Notes: generated by a model from the letters alone, not told the origin. Shown: positions 37,510 through 51,845, numbered from the stretch's first letter. The stretch is DNA of 64,000 bases from Lytechinus pictus (GCF_037042905.1 NC_087251.1:30010001-30074000); one strand, 5' to 3'. Numbers and translations: made by a program.

Positions 37510-39763
37510 TAGTGGCGTAGCTAGGATTTTTTTTAGGGGGGTCCTTGCTTTTTCAGGGGGGCACCATTTTTTCCGTTGTGTGTGTATGTGTCACAAGTGC
37601 GGATCCGACTTTCGCCAATAGGGGACGGGGCCCGAAATTATCTTCACCTATATTTCCCCCGATCAGTCACTTCTTAGTTTTATTCTTATAAAACAACATA
37701 ACTTGAAATAATCTCATAAGCCTTATAAAAAGTGCGAGTGCGAAGCGCGAGCGATTTATTTTTTTTTTCTTTCATGTATTTTGTCCTGAAAATTTAATAT
37801 TCTGGGCAATGTTATGTGTGATCCTGAACAAGATTCTTATGTAACTAGATGGTTACTGCGAACGCCAAGCGCGAGCAGAAATTTGTATTAACTGTTCTAG
37901 CATTATCAAAAAGGGACCTGTTAATGACTGCTTACAGTTACCCACGAAGACGGTATATATTTCAATAATGAAAGCGCGAAGCGCGAGCAAATTTTTGACA
38001 TTCCGACCTAAAAAATGGTCATTCTAAGCACTTTTTGTATTAATAAATGGGATAGGTACATGTATGTAACTAAACAATTGATGCGAGCGCGAAGCGCGAG
38101 AGGAAGAAAATTGAGATTTTAGACCTAAATGCAGGACACTCTATTCATATTTTGTAAATCATAAATAGGATATAGTTGATTGGGTATCATTAATAATGCG
38201 ATCGTGAAGCGTGAGCAGACAATTATTGATATTCTGATGTGAAACTGGATAATTTAAGTACATTTTATATAAAGAACATGCAGACTATCGCGCATGTTTT
38301 AGATTTAGACCTAGAATCTGGGCAGTCTGAATACATTTGTTTAATGGAACATTATGAAATACACAGACAATAGGAACTTGGCAAATCAAACAATTTGACC
38401 ACGCAGCGTGAGCTTAAAAATGCTGATATGTAGATTATAAAAGGGACATTTTACAGCTAGAGCACTTAAATTTGTTAATGAAAAAAAATTGATGAAAGCT
38501 CGATGTCCGAGCTAAAATATATTTTGTATAATGACTTCAAAACTTGCTCCATATCCGATTTTCTTATTACAAAAAAAGAGCAGTCCGTATTTGCACAGGA
38601 TCACAATATCTTGCTAGATCTAATCCTTTATTTTTTTAATTAAAAACATTAAAAATTTCAGATATAAATACATTTCATGCTGCTATATTCATGTTCAAAT
38701 ACAAAAAGGGATTACTTCCCCCTTCCTTTCAAAATATGTTCACACTGAACAACACCATCCATTCTTATCCAACACGAAACTCCACAAACTTTCATTTAAC
38801 AAATCCAAAACTAATAATAACACACAAATCAATTAGACATTACGGTGCGGATTTGTGGAATAATTTATCACATGACATTAAGCTATGCACATCACTTTAT
38901 TCATTCAAAGCTGTTCTGAAAAAAAAAAAGCTTTCAAGCTATAATTTCTAAAATCTTTCTGTGTACCCAAACAACTGATAATCCCATCCCCCCTTGCACA
39001 TGCACACTCGCACACCTGCACTTGCACTTTCACCTTTATCTACGTTATTAATCTTCTCTCAATCAAATTTCTCTTCCCTATCCACTTTTGATATATTCCT
39101 ATTATTTTGTGCAATAAAAGATAAGTCTCTTTTATTGCACTATACAGTCTGGTTTTCTATCCCCTTTCCTTTCGAGGCCTCCATCACTTTCAAGCTCCAA
39201 GCTTAAGATGGAGGTCTCCCACATTTTTATATATATATGTTCAGTAATTAAAGAAAATGTATATATAGATATAATTTTCACAGTACAGTTGATATTTTAT
39301 GATTTATGTGCATTATTCATTATGTTTAAAAAAATATTTGCCTATTATGTAATATTGAGAAAAAAAATATTATACTTGTATATTATTTGTTTTTGTTTTG
39401 AAATGTGGAAATAAAGTAAATCACATCAAATATCAGCCTATTGAGCAAGATATGAATCTCATCGAACAGGCAATTCTGGCGCGAAGCGCAAGCAAAAGTT
39501 TTATATAGTAACATGAAAGATTTGTTGTTTTTTTGCAAGTCTTCCCTTCACATTATTTCATTCACTCGTCTTCCTCCTTATTTTCCTCTTCTTTTTTTCT
39601 TCTGTCTTCTTTTCCTTTTTTCTTTTCTTCTTTCTCCCTTTTTTCTTTTCTTGTTTTTTTTGCTCTGCCAATTTTTTTTTCAGGGGGGGCACCTGAGGGG
39701 CACACCAAATCTCAGGGGGGGCACGTGCCCCCCAAGCCCCCCCCCCCCGTAGCTACGCCACTG
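37510..39763. mobile_element. Inner hAT-like non-autonomous element
   Basis: 8-bp TSD CTTTCTCC at 37502-37509 and 39764-39771; TIRs tagtggcgtagcta...tagctacgccactg. Confidence 0.85.
38556..39429 (+). mobile_element. 5'-truncated CR1/L2-group LINE (ORF2 C-terminus and 3' UTR)
   Basis: LQK/RAVRICTGS...MFKYKKGLLPPSFQNMF...HSYPTRNS...SIRHYGADLWNNL...SLYSFK; aataaa and an aaatc tail; apparent TSD ATATC at 38551-38555 and 39430-39434. Confidence 0.8.
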
Positions 39764-40676
39764 CTTTCTCCCTCTTTTTCTCCTTTTCCCCGTTTTTCTT
39801 TTTTTTTTGGTCAGCCGATGGGGAGGGGCACGTGCCCCCATGCCCCCCCCGTAGATACGTCACTGGTCCTAATGACTTTATGACCAACGACCCCCTTTCT
39901 GATTTATGGCAAGCGAACCTTCGGGCAAGTCGGGGGAGGAGTCTTGATGATACATTCCTCGATCAAATCAATTTTCAGATGCTTTTCAGATATTGTCATG
40001 TATATTGGCGCCAACTGAATATTCCTTGCAAAATTCATACGTCATATTTCCATCACGTGAGCCGGTATCATTTTTCCACCGGGCGAGGAGACGCAAATCA
40101 CGTCCAACAATATCGACGCTAGTTGGTTTATAATTCAGACATTTTCAAGGCAGTTAGCAAATCATCATACGTTTGCATCTTATCAGGAAGAACTTCAGAT
40201 ACAGAATCAGTGTAGGAGAGTTTTTATGGAGTTTTCTAGGAGTTTTTATGGATAATCAACTCTTTATTTTTGTGTGCGGACTAGACACCACTTTCACTGC
40301 AGGCAGTGCAGAGCTTCGCCGAGACTTCATCCGAACCTCACGGCATGACGGGAGGCTTGTACTTGTAGATGGATCTCTGGACGGTCGTTCTACCCTTGAT
40401 ACGACAGATCAATTTATAATTTTGTGGTATCATCAGCGGACATTGACATATTTGTGGAGCTATGGAGAAATATTTTCTGACTTGGTCTTAGATGGGTATT
40501 TGTTTTGGTGCTAAATTCGTGTTGCTTAATTTGACGATGGTGTCAAAATTTCAAAGAGGTCAGATGAGGATGCCGAGACTCCAGAAACGTTCCTGTATGA
40601 AAATGAGTGAGTCATTTTAACCCTATAATTACTCTTGATGGTGTATATAAAAAAATCTTGTTATCAATAATGAAAC

Positions 40677-40824
40677 TTATTGATAATGGTCCTCATGACA
40701 AGTGACATCCCTTCCTGTTTTATGACTAGATCTAGCGAACCTTGGTACAATTATTGATAATGGTCCTCATGACAAATGACATCCCTTCCTGTTTTATGAC
40801 TAGATCTAGCGAACCTTGGTACAA
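40677..40824. repeat. Direct tandem duplication, 2 x 74 bp
   Basis: ttattgataatggtcctcatgacaa...gaaccttggtacaa twice, one mismatch. Confidence 0.95.
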
Positions 40825-42059
40825 TTTTTTTTTTTTTTGGGGGGGGTGGTTTTGGGGAATTTGCATGGAGGGATATTAATGGTTATCATTGGCAACTAAA
40901 TCTAGTTCCTTGATTATATGGGCAAATTCTGCCTTCAGCAGAAAAAAAAATGAAGCAGTGAAAGGGGCTCCACAAATGCCAAGAAATTGTAATGAAATTA
41001 CAAAATTATGCATTATTACACTTCAAGTGCAAACTGATATCCAAGTTAGATCTTAAAACAGTCGCATGTTACTTGACCACAAGACTAGCATTTCCTTCAT
41101 ATTTAAGTTGATTTGATGGTTATCCTGTAATAACAGCATAGCATAATTCTTTTATAATTTAGGTCTATGTAGATTTCTTTAAAAATTGTGTTTTTAAGAT
41201 TTCTTTATATTTTTGACCACAACTATGCTACAACATACACGTTGGCGCATGCCAGCGCTTGTGTGAAATTGATATTTGTGTAATTCGAGTCCCTAAAATT
41301 TAGACATTATTTTTTAATTCCAATCCATTTCTTTCCGATTTAGGCCAATAAAAGGTTAAGGAATTATCATAACAGATTGTGTGTATGGTTAAAAGTCAAA
41401 TCAGGGCCCCAAGGAGGAACATAAAATATAAAACCTTAGGGTATCCTCCGATTTGATATCTGGATCTATTATGTTTTACTACTCGATTTCTTAATTGCAT
41501 TTCTTTTTATCTGTTAGGAAATAAAAGAAATATAAATAACTAATTTTCCTTTATTATATTTATTTTTATTTCCAGATTAAAATAATATTGAAGAAATTGT
41601 AGAAATTTTTAGTTTCAACCCAGAATTGCACAATTCTCAAAATGTAATGAAAATGGTATGAACTGCTTTGCTGATGTTATCATAATGTTTGTGTGTTCAA
41701 TGCTAAAAACATGCAGAAGACAAAGATCAAATCATCTACTTTCTTTATTGTTTCTCTCTCTCGCTATCCTATCGCCATCTGCGGATCCCGAGAGCTCACA
41801 TTCTTAAATGTAATTGGCTGTCAATCAGTTTATGAATAACAAAACAGAGTCATTTCAGAAACTACATTATTTTGCATTCCCGCAGAGGGTTATGTACATT
41901 TCGCGCATGCAAGTATGCGTTAATTAAAAAAAGACTTGTAAATTTCTCGACCCGTTATTTGGACCGGCAGATAATCAATAGTTTGCGGCACGTGCCGACT
42001 GTCATATCACTTCACTCGCCCAAGTATCATGAATCGTATTTCTTTTTTTTTAGAATTAG

Positions 42060-42290
42060 CCTCATCATCCTCGCTTTTCACAGCTCTTAAAGCCACGCTG
42101 CCTCTTTTTTAGACAGCCCACCAAGATTTTTACCATTGTTTACAGCGCACATTGCAAGCATTTCAAGGAATGAATTCCTGCCAGGTATTTATCACACCCG
42201 GGTTTAGTGTGGCGGCAATGTTGGGTTTTGAACCCACGACCCTCTGTTTCAAAGTCCGGAGACTAATCCACTGGGCCACAGCAATCCATG
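42060..42290 (-). mobile_element. tRNA-derived SINE
   Basis: Minus-strand head gctgtggcccagtggattagtctccggactttgaaacagagggtcgtgggttcaaaaccc. Confidence 0.7.
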
Positions 42291-42563
42291 CCAATGCTCA
42301 ACGCTCCATTTGACTTAAATGAATAAAGCAATGTCTAACCATTACAATGTTTACAAACAAAGTACTTTCATCGTGTTGTTAGAGTCTGTCCACCTTTTGT
42401 CTACAATATTGTGAGAAAACGTAATAATTTGGACAAATTTAAGAGAAAAATCAGGGGTCTCTTTTCAAAAGTGAGCTGACACTTCCGAAAAAATAATAAA
42501 TATATGTTAGATTAAAACGAGCAGATGGGAATGAAAAATCCACTGTGTTCCGAACAACACTTA

Positions 42564-42645
42564 TACCTCGGTCATATACAAAAATGTTAAAAGGGCTGTT
42601 TTCGACTCGCCGTACGGCCGCCGTAGAACAAATGTGACCGAGGTA
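42564..42645. mobile_element. 82 bp mini-MITE, TTA TSD (Harbinger-like)
   Basis: tta|tacctcggtca...tgaccgaggta|tta. Confidence 0.65.
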
Positions 42646-43031
42646 TTACTGGTCAGAGGTGACTGTGACGTAACTACTCCACCCAATCAACCCCACCCCG
42701 ACTTTCAAGTACCCCCCCGAAAAAAAGAATAGTCAATTAATAGGCCCTTGCTCGTATATCAAAATACAATGAAAAAAAAAATGCAGAAATCATAGTGATT
42801 TTTTTTTCGATACATCCTAACTACAGTAAAATTTAGCTAATAAATTTGGTGAGCGAGATAGAAATTTATAAATGCTTCTACTTGTATTGGACTATACCGC
42901 ATTTGCTCACAAATTCTCACATCTGTCGATAGTCAAAACCTCCGAGTATGTTAATATAAATAATGAAAATTATTTGGATAAAAGAAAAAAGAAATATGCC
43001 AATGTCAGTGAAGCGAAAATGCAAGTTTTAA

Positions 43032-43612
43032 AGGAGAATGAAACCCTTGAAACCAGCTGAATCCATATCAAAGAGAAAAATCAAAGAAACATTGTTGAAA
43101 GTTTGAGGAAGATTGAATGAATAATAAGAAAGTTATGAGCATTTGAATATTGAGATCACTAATGCCATGTAGTTTCTCCCATTGCAATGCGACCAAGATC
43201 TGTGATGTCACACACGTACAACTCCCTCATTACTTTAGTACTTATTTCACTTATATTCTCACTTTTATAGAGTCTATCACAAGGTGAGGTGTTCTCTTTA
43301 TGAGAGGACAAGTACAGAGGTTTCACAACATTATATCATTGATGAATCGTTTGTCATATGATGCATATGAGCAAAAAGAGATGTTTTGGGGTATATTTTC
43401 AGTGTCCAAAAGGGGAGAGTTGTTCATCTGTGACATCATAGATCTTGGTTGCATTGCCAATGGGAGGATCTCCATAGCATTAGTGATCTCGACATTCAAA
43501 TGCTCATAACTCTTCTATTGCTAGTCCTATTTTACTCAAACTTTTGTTGATCTTATTCTTTGATTTTTCTGCTTTCACAAAAGCTAACTTGCTCCAAGAG
43601 TTTCATTCTCCT
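43032..43612. mobile_element. Palindromic TTAA-target MITE (Kolobok-like), adjoining an older related remnant (43617-44010)
   Basis: TTAA at 43028-43031 and 43613-43616; TIRs aggagaatgaaac...gtttcattctcct; arms self-complementary over ~180 bp. Confidence 0.82.
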
Positions 43613-46600
43613 TTAAATGAACTTTAAATTTGAGAGATTTTGACATGTTAAAGACTTGAATTATTTTGGTGAAAGAGTTCTATGCATGTCTTCATGAATA
43701 TTCAATGAGCAAACTGAGGTCATATGAAATCATGTAATAAATCATGTAATAAATAAACAATTATTCAAATTTTGCCCTCCAAGAACTAAACAAAAATGGA
43801 TTGAAAACTGATTTAATGCAAAAGATATTCATTGCTGCAACTTTAGGGATGTGACATCATCAGCCCACCTAATGAATATTCATGACGATGTGCATATAAC
43901 TGTTTACTCAAAATATTGCTAAACTTTAAAATTCAATAACTTCATTATTTGTTATCAGATTTTGATGGAATTTTAAGGATGTTGCTTTTCAGCAAGGTGT
44001 ACCCCTTTAAGTTAACTTGCCTTTTGAAACCTTGTTGTGCAGTATAGTTGTGTCGTTTCTCGCTAATTCTAACTTCCTTGCTGCATTTTCTGCCTTTAAG
44101 CTACCCTCCTTAAAGGGTATTAATTTTTAAAGACGACTATAATACGAAATGAGAATAGAGGCCTATGATTCTCGGGTTCTAAAACTGCGGCCCATGGAAC
44201 AATTTTGTGCAACCCGCCAAAACTTTCAAGGTCATCAAGTTCAATAGTTCGATAGTACTCTTTTTCAAACATATAACATTACTTTTGTATAGCTTTACTT
44301 ATCATGCTTACGTGAGATAATATTTTCTTACTTTTCCAAACTGTTTTGAAGACTTGCCTTTAGCTTAAACTTTAGATTTGATCAGTTCAAATTAATATAC
44401 TTCTGAGAACCTGCGCTAAGTATTATTTAACTGCATAGTTGTCGATTCTGGTTTATCTGATTATCTCCAATCATGGCAATGAATCTCGGAGAACTAGACT
44501 TTGTATACCAATACTGACCAACATATTAACAAGATTAAACTGCAGCGGAAGTTATGTATTTGTCTTAATTCAATATAACGATTATGATGATTATGCTCTC
44601 TTATCTTCGCTGTCTTTTTTATCACTTGCCTCAAAGTTCCAAGACCAAGAAAAGCAGGGAAATAAATAAAGAAAAGGAAAGAAGGGGAAAGGCAAAATGA
44701 TGAAATGTGATATTAATTTATGAATATTATGTCAAAATATATCACAAACTTATATTTTCGCTCGCTCTAATCTTTTGGAATTTTTCCATGTAGGTCATGC
44801 GCTGTCCCTCATTTTGTCTTAGTGCACCGGTATTCATAATCATTATTGTACTAACATTTATACTTTTCTATTGTGTGTTTGTTTTTAATTCCAGTTTTCA
44901 CGGAATTGTGAATCTGCAAATTATCTGGAATTTGCTTCAACATATGGATATGGAGATGGAATAAAAAGTATCATGCATGTTTTCACATCAAAGACTCAAT
45001 TAGTGTAGAAGTTTGTGTTCTGACTTATTCATCGTTCTTCACTACTGCCACAATGCCACGCCTCCTCCAACGATGAAATTGAGAAATATCTCCAACAAGA
45101 CTTGATGAATTGAGAATGCTGCAATGTGCTAAGTTCTTGCTAAATGCCTCACATCAATTTTTGCAAGTGAATTATGGACAAAAGGAAAGAAGAACATTCG
45201 ATAACATTCTTGGCGATCCATTCTAATCTTCACACATTTGAATATTATTAGGAAGAACTCCAGTCGCAGAATCAGTTTACAATATTCTTCTTGGACAGAT
45301 CGCTATATTTTTCGTGTGCGGACTAGACACCAATTTTCAAGGCAGAGCTTCGCCGAGACTAATCCGAACCTTACGGGAGGTTTGTAGATGGGTCTATGGA
45401 CGGTTGTTCTCCCCTTGATTTATCAATTTGAACTTGATTATATCGTGAATATCAGCGGACAGAGACATGTTTGTGGAGCTATGGAGAAATTTATTTTGTG
45501 TCTGGATCTTAAAGGATTTTTTGTTTGGAGCTGAAACCTTGTTTCTGTGAACGTGGATGCATGACGATATCAGAGAGAGGACAGATGTCAGACTGAACAT
45601 TTGTATGAGTGAGTCCATTTTACCCCTAGAACAACGCGGCAATATCACTTAGTGATCTTAATGAAACTTTGACATTTATGGATATGGGTTACGGTTTAGT
45701 TTTAGTGCCAGGATTTGTAGAGTAAGTTAATTAGGCAAATCGATAGGGTCCCCATAGGAGCCTGACCGAAGCTAGATCTTAGCCCATCTCCTTAAATATT
45801 ATAGTGTCATATCAAGAAGATTGCTTTGTTGTCACCTACGGGTAATCAAATTATTTTGAATATTAATGTACCGAAAGCTTTACAACTTTTTTTTAAAGAA
45901 AAAAGGTTGTAAGGCTTTTCCCCGACAATTCTCGTTGAATTGTTCGTTAGCTCGGAATCGCGTACTTTCTTACAGGGGCGGTGCCGAAGGGATGGGGTGG
46001 GGGCGTTGTCCCCTATGATATTTTGCAATTAATGAAACTTAAACACAAGAGTAGATTTAAAAAAAAAATCGAATATAGAAAAAAAATGTTCATTTAACTC
46101 TATAAGACCCATATTTTTTCAATTGAAAAAAAAAACTGACGTCCCCTTTCGGTCGTCTTGCCCCTATACCCTGGCGCCGCCCCTGGGTAAAATGCTTCCT
46201 GGTACCAAGATTTTTGGCATGTGAAATTATCGCAGAAAGCATTGACGATATTCGGTATTCGATTCGGGCGTTAATCGGTTTCGCATCCGAAAGACATAGA
46301 CATCACGTATGGCGTCGTAGGAATGCGTACATTTACAAGGTGAGATATATTTCATTTTTTGTTGTTGTCTCTTTGATGATTATTTTTCGTTTGATTGTTT
46401 TTTGGCGCATCTTGCTGCCTAATGCACTACATAGTGAAGAAGGAACTAAGTGCTAAGTAAGTAATTTTATACAATTTGTATTATGGTATGCCAATTATAT
46501 TCGTCATTTTCTGAAATTCCATACAATTTCTACTCCATTTATCATAAAGTTTGACTCAGTGCAAAGTCCCATAACGGAGTTGTAAACCCATTATTTCCCT

Positions 46601-48857
46601 GGGTAATCCTCAATATTTAGTCTATTGTGAGTGGGAATTGATGATTCATATTCAATATTAGGCCTATCCATATAGAAAGTGACAAAGAGTAGTGTACTGT
46701 TTCCTCTCCAGAAGAAGAAGAAAAAGAAGAAGAAGAAAAAGAAGAGCAAGGAGAAGAACAAGAACAAGAAGAAAGGACTATATTCATAATTAAATAATAG
46801 ATAAGAACAAAATGGTTTAGAATCCAATTTCTTCCTACATTTAGGTCTCGTCTTAATATGCTCAGATTTTCCCCCCAATTCTTGTTCGACAGAAAAACAA
46901 CAGTCCCATACAAGTGACATAGTAATAGATCTAGACATTGTTACAATTATGGACCCCATGGTAGAATGTGATTGTCGTGTTGACAAAGCTTAATATCGGT
47001 TATCCATCCGTTTTATGATTTTGTTTTTATATGGAAAATAAATTATCTACTGTATTATAGATGCTCAGAGGATCGTGTATTCTAGATAGGAAAGGTCCAT
47101 ATGCGCTTACAAAGGTAAATTGATAATAATCAGAGACTGGTAGACATAGCTGAAACAGAAGGAGGGGGGGGGTAACAGTCATGAAAATGTGTACCGGATG
47201 ATGGTGGTGATGATGATTTTAATAGTGATGAAATTATTGATATAGAAAGTGGCAAATAGCACTGTTCTGTTTCCAACTCAGAAGAAGAAGAAGAAGAAGA
47301 GTCTATATTCATAGTTGAATGATGGATAAAGACAAAAATGGTTTAGAAATCAATTTCTTCGTACAATTGTTACGATATAACGGTGTATATTAATGTTGAT
47401 TGTAAATATTGTAAAATTAAAAAAAAGGTCACATTGAATGTTTTATATTCTAGATCTACTGCATAATCTTGTGTAGAAATCATAAAAATCGAGCTTTTGT
47501 CATATAGCATGGATTTTTGTGTTTCTGTTTCAGGACTGCATGGAATGTCCCAAATAACTACGCAACACTGGCTTCCACCTGCCTGTAGACCCTGAGTAAA
47601 CCTCATATGATCAAAGGATTGCACAAGTTATTTACCGGGAGATATGATATCACTTCATGATTTTACTGAAACTATGAATTTTATCAAGCTGGTTTGTGAA
47701 GCGATGTTTAATGCTCGGATTGGAAGGAAAATCTATACATTTAAGTCTCCAGTAGGTGCCTGACTAAACTAGCTTGGTAAAATTTATAATTTCATCTCGA
47801 GACGGTTGCTGCATAGTCACCAAAGGTGACTTATTTCTAACGTGACTGTGTTAGTCAGACTGTTTCGAAAAACAGTTTAGGTTGCGCCTTATTTACAATC
47901 GTTAAGATGTTTGCCTTCTTAACGTTCTACTTTTGTTCGGCCGCTCCTCATCATTCGCTAAGTCTCTCGTACGTTCGTTTGCTTCTTGCGATATATCATC
48001 ATGCTCAGATTATAAAAGCGTCGATCGTTTGAATCATCGCGGTAAGTCTTATTTCATTTGAACTCTTTTAACAATTTCTCTATACATATCGATTACTGGC
48101 ATAAGTGTATATCTTATCATTCGTTATAGAATTAGGTGTAATTTAAATGCTGTAATTTTTTGGTTTGATATTTCAATACAGATTCACACTATTTAATAAA
48201 GTGATGAAGACATAGTTTTGAGCAAAATTACCGCGAATTCATTTTAGAGCTATGAAGGTATATGCAAAGAATAAAATTGCTGATCATAATGAAACTGGCA
48301 GCAACATTGGTTTGACATATTTCTACCGATAGATCTAGTTCATAAATATAAATAACAAAGGATAGGATGCTTATATGACAACAACCATGAAGCTTGTTTT
48401 ATATTCTAGATCTATTTATGTATTATTACACGCCAAACAATCGTCACAACAAGACTATTGTATTTTCTCGTTTATGTTGCAGGTCTGAAAGCGGAATACA
48501 CCTTCACGCAAGTTTAAAGAGGAACTTCTGCAACCATGTCGACTAGGAAGAATCTCATGAAAATATACCTAGCTCTGCGAGAGTCGCAAGTCTGTGGGAC
48601 AATTATTCAGCAATTATACAACAATTATACAGCAATATCGTGGCAAGCCAATACGACTGAACAATGAACATTTTGTCACATCCATAAAGAGGAATGGATT
48701 TGACTGTTGTAAAATAGTTTCATGATCTCCTTGTAGAGTATGTGGTTGTAATGATGTTGTAAATTCAGTTTTATTTTTTGAAAGCATGGATATAATATAA
48801 TGTGTCTTTTATCCAATATTTTTTTAATATCGTGATCTTAGTTACTTTCGTCAAGTT

Positions 48858-51845
48858 CAGAAAGCAACCAGTCTCCTCCATCTACCACTAGCTTTATCCC
48901 CCTCCCATCAGAGAGCGACTAATCTCCTTCCAACTAAGACCATCTTCGTCGCCCTTTCATCAGATAGCAACTAGTCTCCTTCCATCTCCCACTAGCTTCG
49001 TCACCCTTTCATTATAGAGCAATTAGTCTCCTTCCATCTACAACTAGCATTATCATCCTTTCATCAGAGAGCAACTAGTCTCTTTCCGTCTACAACTAGC
49101 ATTGTCATCCTTTCATCAGAAAGACGACTTCTCTATCTACCACTAGCTTCGTCACCCTTTCATCAGAGAGCAGTCTCCTTCCTTCTACAATCAGCTTCCT
49201 CAACCTTTCATCAGAGAGCAAATATTCTCCTTCCATCTTCCACTAATATCTTCACCCTTCCTTCAGAGAGCAACTATTATTTTTTAAATATCGTGATCTT
49301 AGGTACTTTCGTCAAGTTCAACCAGTCTCCTCCATCTAACACTAGCTTTATCACCTTTCCATCAGAGAGCAACTAGTCTCCTTCCATCTCCCACTAGCTT
49401 CGTCACCCTTTCATTATAGAGCAATTAGTCTCCTATCTACAACTAGCTTTGCAACTCTTTCATCAGAGAGCAACTAGTCTCCTTCCATCCACAACCAGCT
49501 TTGTCATCCTTTCATCAGAAAGACGACTCCTTTATCTAACACTAGCTTCGTCACCCTTTCATTAGAAAGCAGTCTCCTTCCTTCTACCACTAATGTATTC
49601 ACCCTTCAGATAGCAACTAGTTTCCTTCCTTCTACCACTAGCTTCGTCACCCTTTCATCAGAGAGCAATCTCCGTCCTTCTTCAATCAGCTTCCTCAATC
49701 TTTCATCAGAGAGCAACTAGTCTTCATTCATCTAACATTACCTTCGTCACCCTTTCTTTTGATAGTCTCCTTCCATCTACCAAGAGGACCGTCTCCCTTA
49801 CATAAGAGAGCAGCTAGTCTCCTACCTTCTACCAATAGCGTCCTCACCCTTTCATCAGAAAGCAACTAGTCTCCTTCATAAACTATTTAGAGCAAGTAGT
49901 CTCTTTCCATCTGCCACCAGTTTCTTCACCCTGCCATCAAAAAGCAACTAGTTTCTTTCCATCTGCCTCCAGTTTCTTCAACCTTTCATCAGAGAGCAGT
50001 CTTCTTTCATCTACCACTAACTTCGTCATACTTTCGTCAGATAGCAATTAGTCTCCTTCCATCTGCAACTAGCTTCGTCATCCTTTCAACAGGGAGAGCA
50101 ATTAGCCTCCTTCCATTAATCACTAGCTTCGTCACCCTTTCATCAGAGAGCAACTAGTCTCCTTCATCAACTATCTTCGTCACTAGTTAAAGCAAGTAGT
50201 TTTTTCCACTTGCCACCATTTTCTTCACCCTTTCATCAGAGAGCAGTCTCCTTCCATCTACCACTACCTTCGTCACCCTTTCATCAGAGAGCAATTAGTC
50301 CCCTTCCATCAATCACTACCTTCGTCACCCTCCCATCAGAGAGCAACTAGTCTCCTTCCATCTACAACTAGCTTCGTCACCCTTTCATCGGAGAGCAATC
50401 AGTCTCATTCAATCTACAACTAACTTCGTAATCTTTTCAACAGAGAGAGCAACTAGTCTCCTTCCATCTGCCACCAGTTTCTTCATCCTTTCATCAGAGA
50501 GCAATTAGTGTTCATTTACCTACCACTAGCTTGGTCACCCTTCATCAGATAGTCTCCTACCATCTGACAATATCTTCGTCACCCTTTCATCAGAGAGCAA
50601 CCAGTCTCCATCAACTAGCTTCGTCACTATTTAGAGCAACTAGTCTCTTTCAATCTGCCTCCAGTTTCTTCACCCTTTCATCAGAGAGCAGTCTCCTTTC
50701 ATCTACCACTTTTATCAGAGAGCAACTAGTCTCCTTCCATCTACAACTAGCTTCGTCATTTCAACAGAGAGAGAGAGAGAGAGCGACTAGCCTCCTTCCA
50801 TCTACAACTAGCTTCGTCGTCCTTTCAACAGAGACAGAGAGAGAGAGCAATTACTCTCCTTCCATCTACTCCTAGCTTTGTCATCATTTCAACAGAGAGA
50901 GGGAGAGAGAGAGTAACTAGTCTCCTATCTACCACCAGCTTCGTCACCCTTTTAACAGAGAGCGATTAGTCTCTTTCCATCTACATCTAGCTTCGTCACC
51001 CTTTGTTCGAAAAGCAACCTTCGTCACCCTTTGTAAAAGAGCATCTAATCTCATACCATCTACCACTAGCTTCGTCACCCTTCCATCAGAGAGAAACTAG
51101 TCTACTTTCATGTACCACTAGCTTGATAACCCTTTCATAAGAAAGCAATTGGTCTCCTTCCTCCTACAACTAGATTCGTCACCCTTTAATCAGAAAGCAG
51201 CTAGTCTTTTTCCATTTACCATTAGCTTCATCGCCCTTTCATCGAAGAGCGACTAGACTTCATTCATCTACCACAAGCTTCGTCACCCTTCTATCAGATA
51301 GTCTCCTTCCTTCTACAACAATCTTCGTCACCCTTTCATAATAACGCAACCTTCGTCATCCTTTTATAAGAGAGCAACTAGTCTCTTTCCGCCAAGCACT
51401 AGCTTCTTCACCCTTCCATCAAAGAGCAATTATTATTCTTCTTCTACAACTTGCTTCGTCACCGTTTCATCAGAGAGCAAATAGTCTCCATCCATCTACC
51501 ACTACTTCCGTCACCCTTCCATCACAGCAATTATTTCCTTTCATCTACCACTAGTTTCGTCACCCTTTCATTGGAGAGCAGTCTCCTTCCATGTACCACT
51601 AGCTCCATCACTCTTTAATCACCGAGCAACAAGTCACATTTAACTACCACTATCTTCGTGAACACCCTTTTATTAGCAAGCAACAAATCATATTTACCTA
51701 CCACATTCTTTGTGAACACCCTTTTATTAGCAAGCAACAATTTTCATTTATCTACCGCCGTCTTTGTGAACACCCTTTCATCAGCGAGCAACAAGTCTCA
51801 TTTATCTACCGCCGTCTTTGTGAACACCCTTTTATCAGCGAGAAA
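48858..51845. repeat. Satellite array, ~52 bp unit ctagtctccttccatctaccactagcttcgtcaccctttcatcagagagcaa (variants of about 47-54 bp)
   Basis: Directly visible tandem units; C/T-rich on +. Confidence 0.95.

Larger units (their letters stand above)
36534..39865. mobile_element. Outer hAT-like non-autonomous element
   Basis: 8-bp TSD GTCCTAAT at 36526-36533 and 39866-39873; ends aagtggtgtac...atacgtcactg. Confidence 0.8.

Noticed and set aside
38691..38951. 86 aa ORF as a host gene
   Set aside because: It is the C-terminus of a truncated CR1/L2-group LINE ORF2
46214..46456. MACEIIAES ORF shared with 56868-57092
   Set aside because: Starts at TTG, similarity is explained by the DNA duplication, and the frames diverge after the donor-like site
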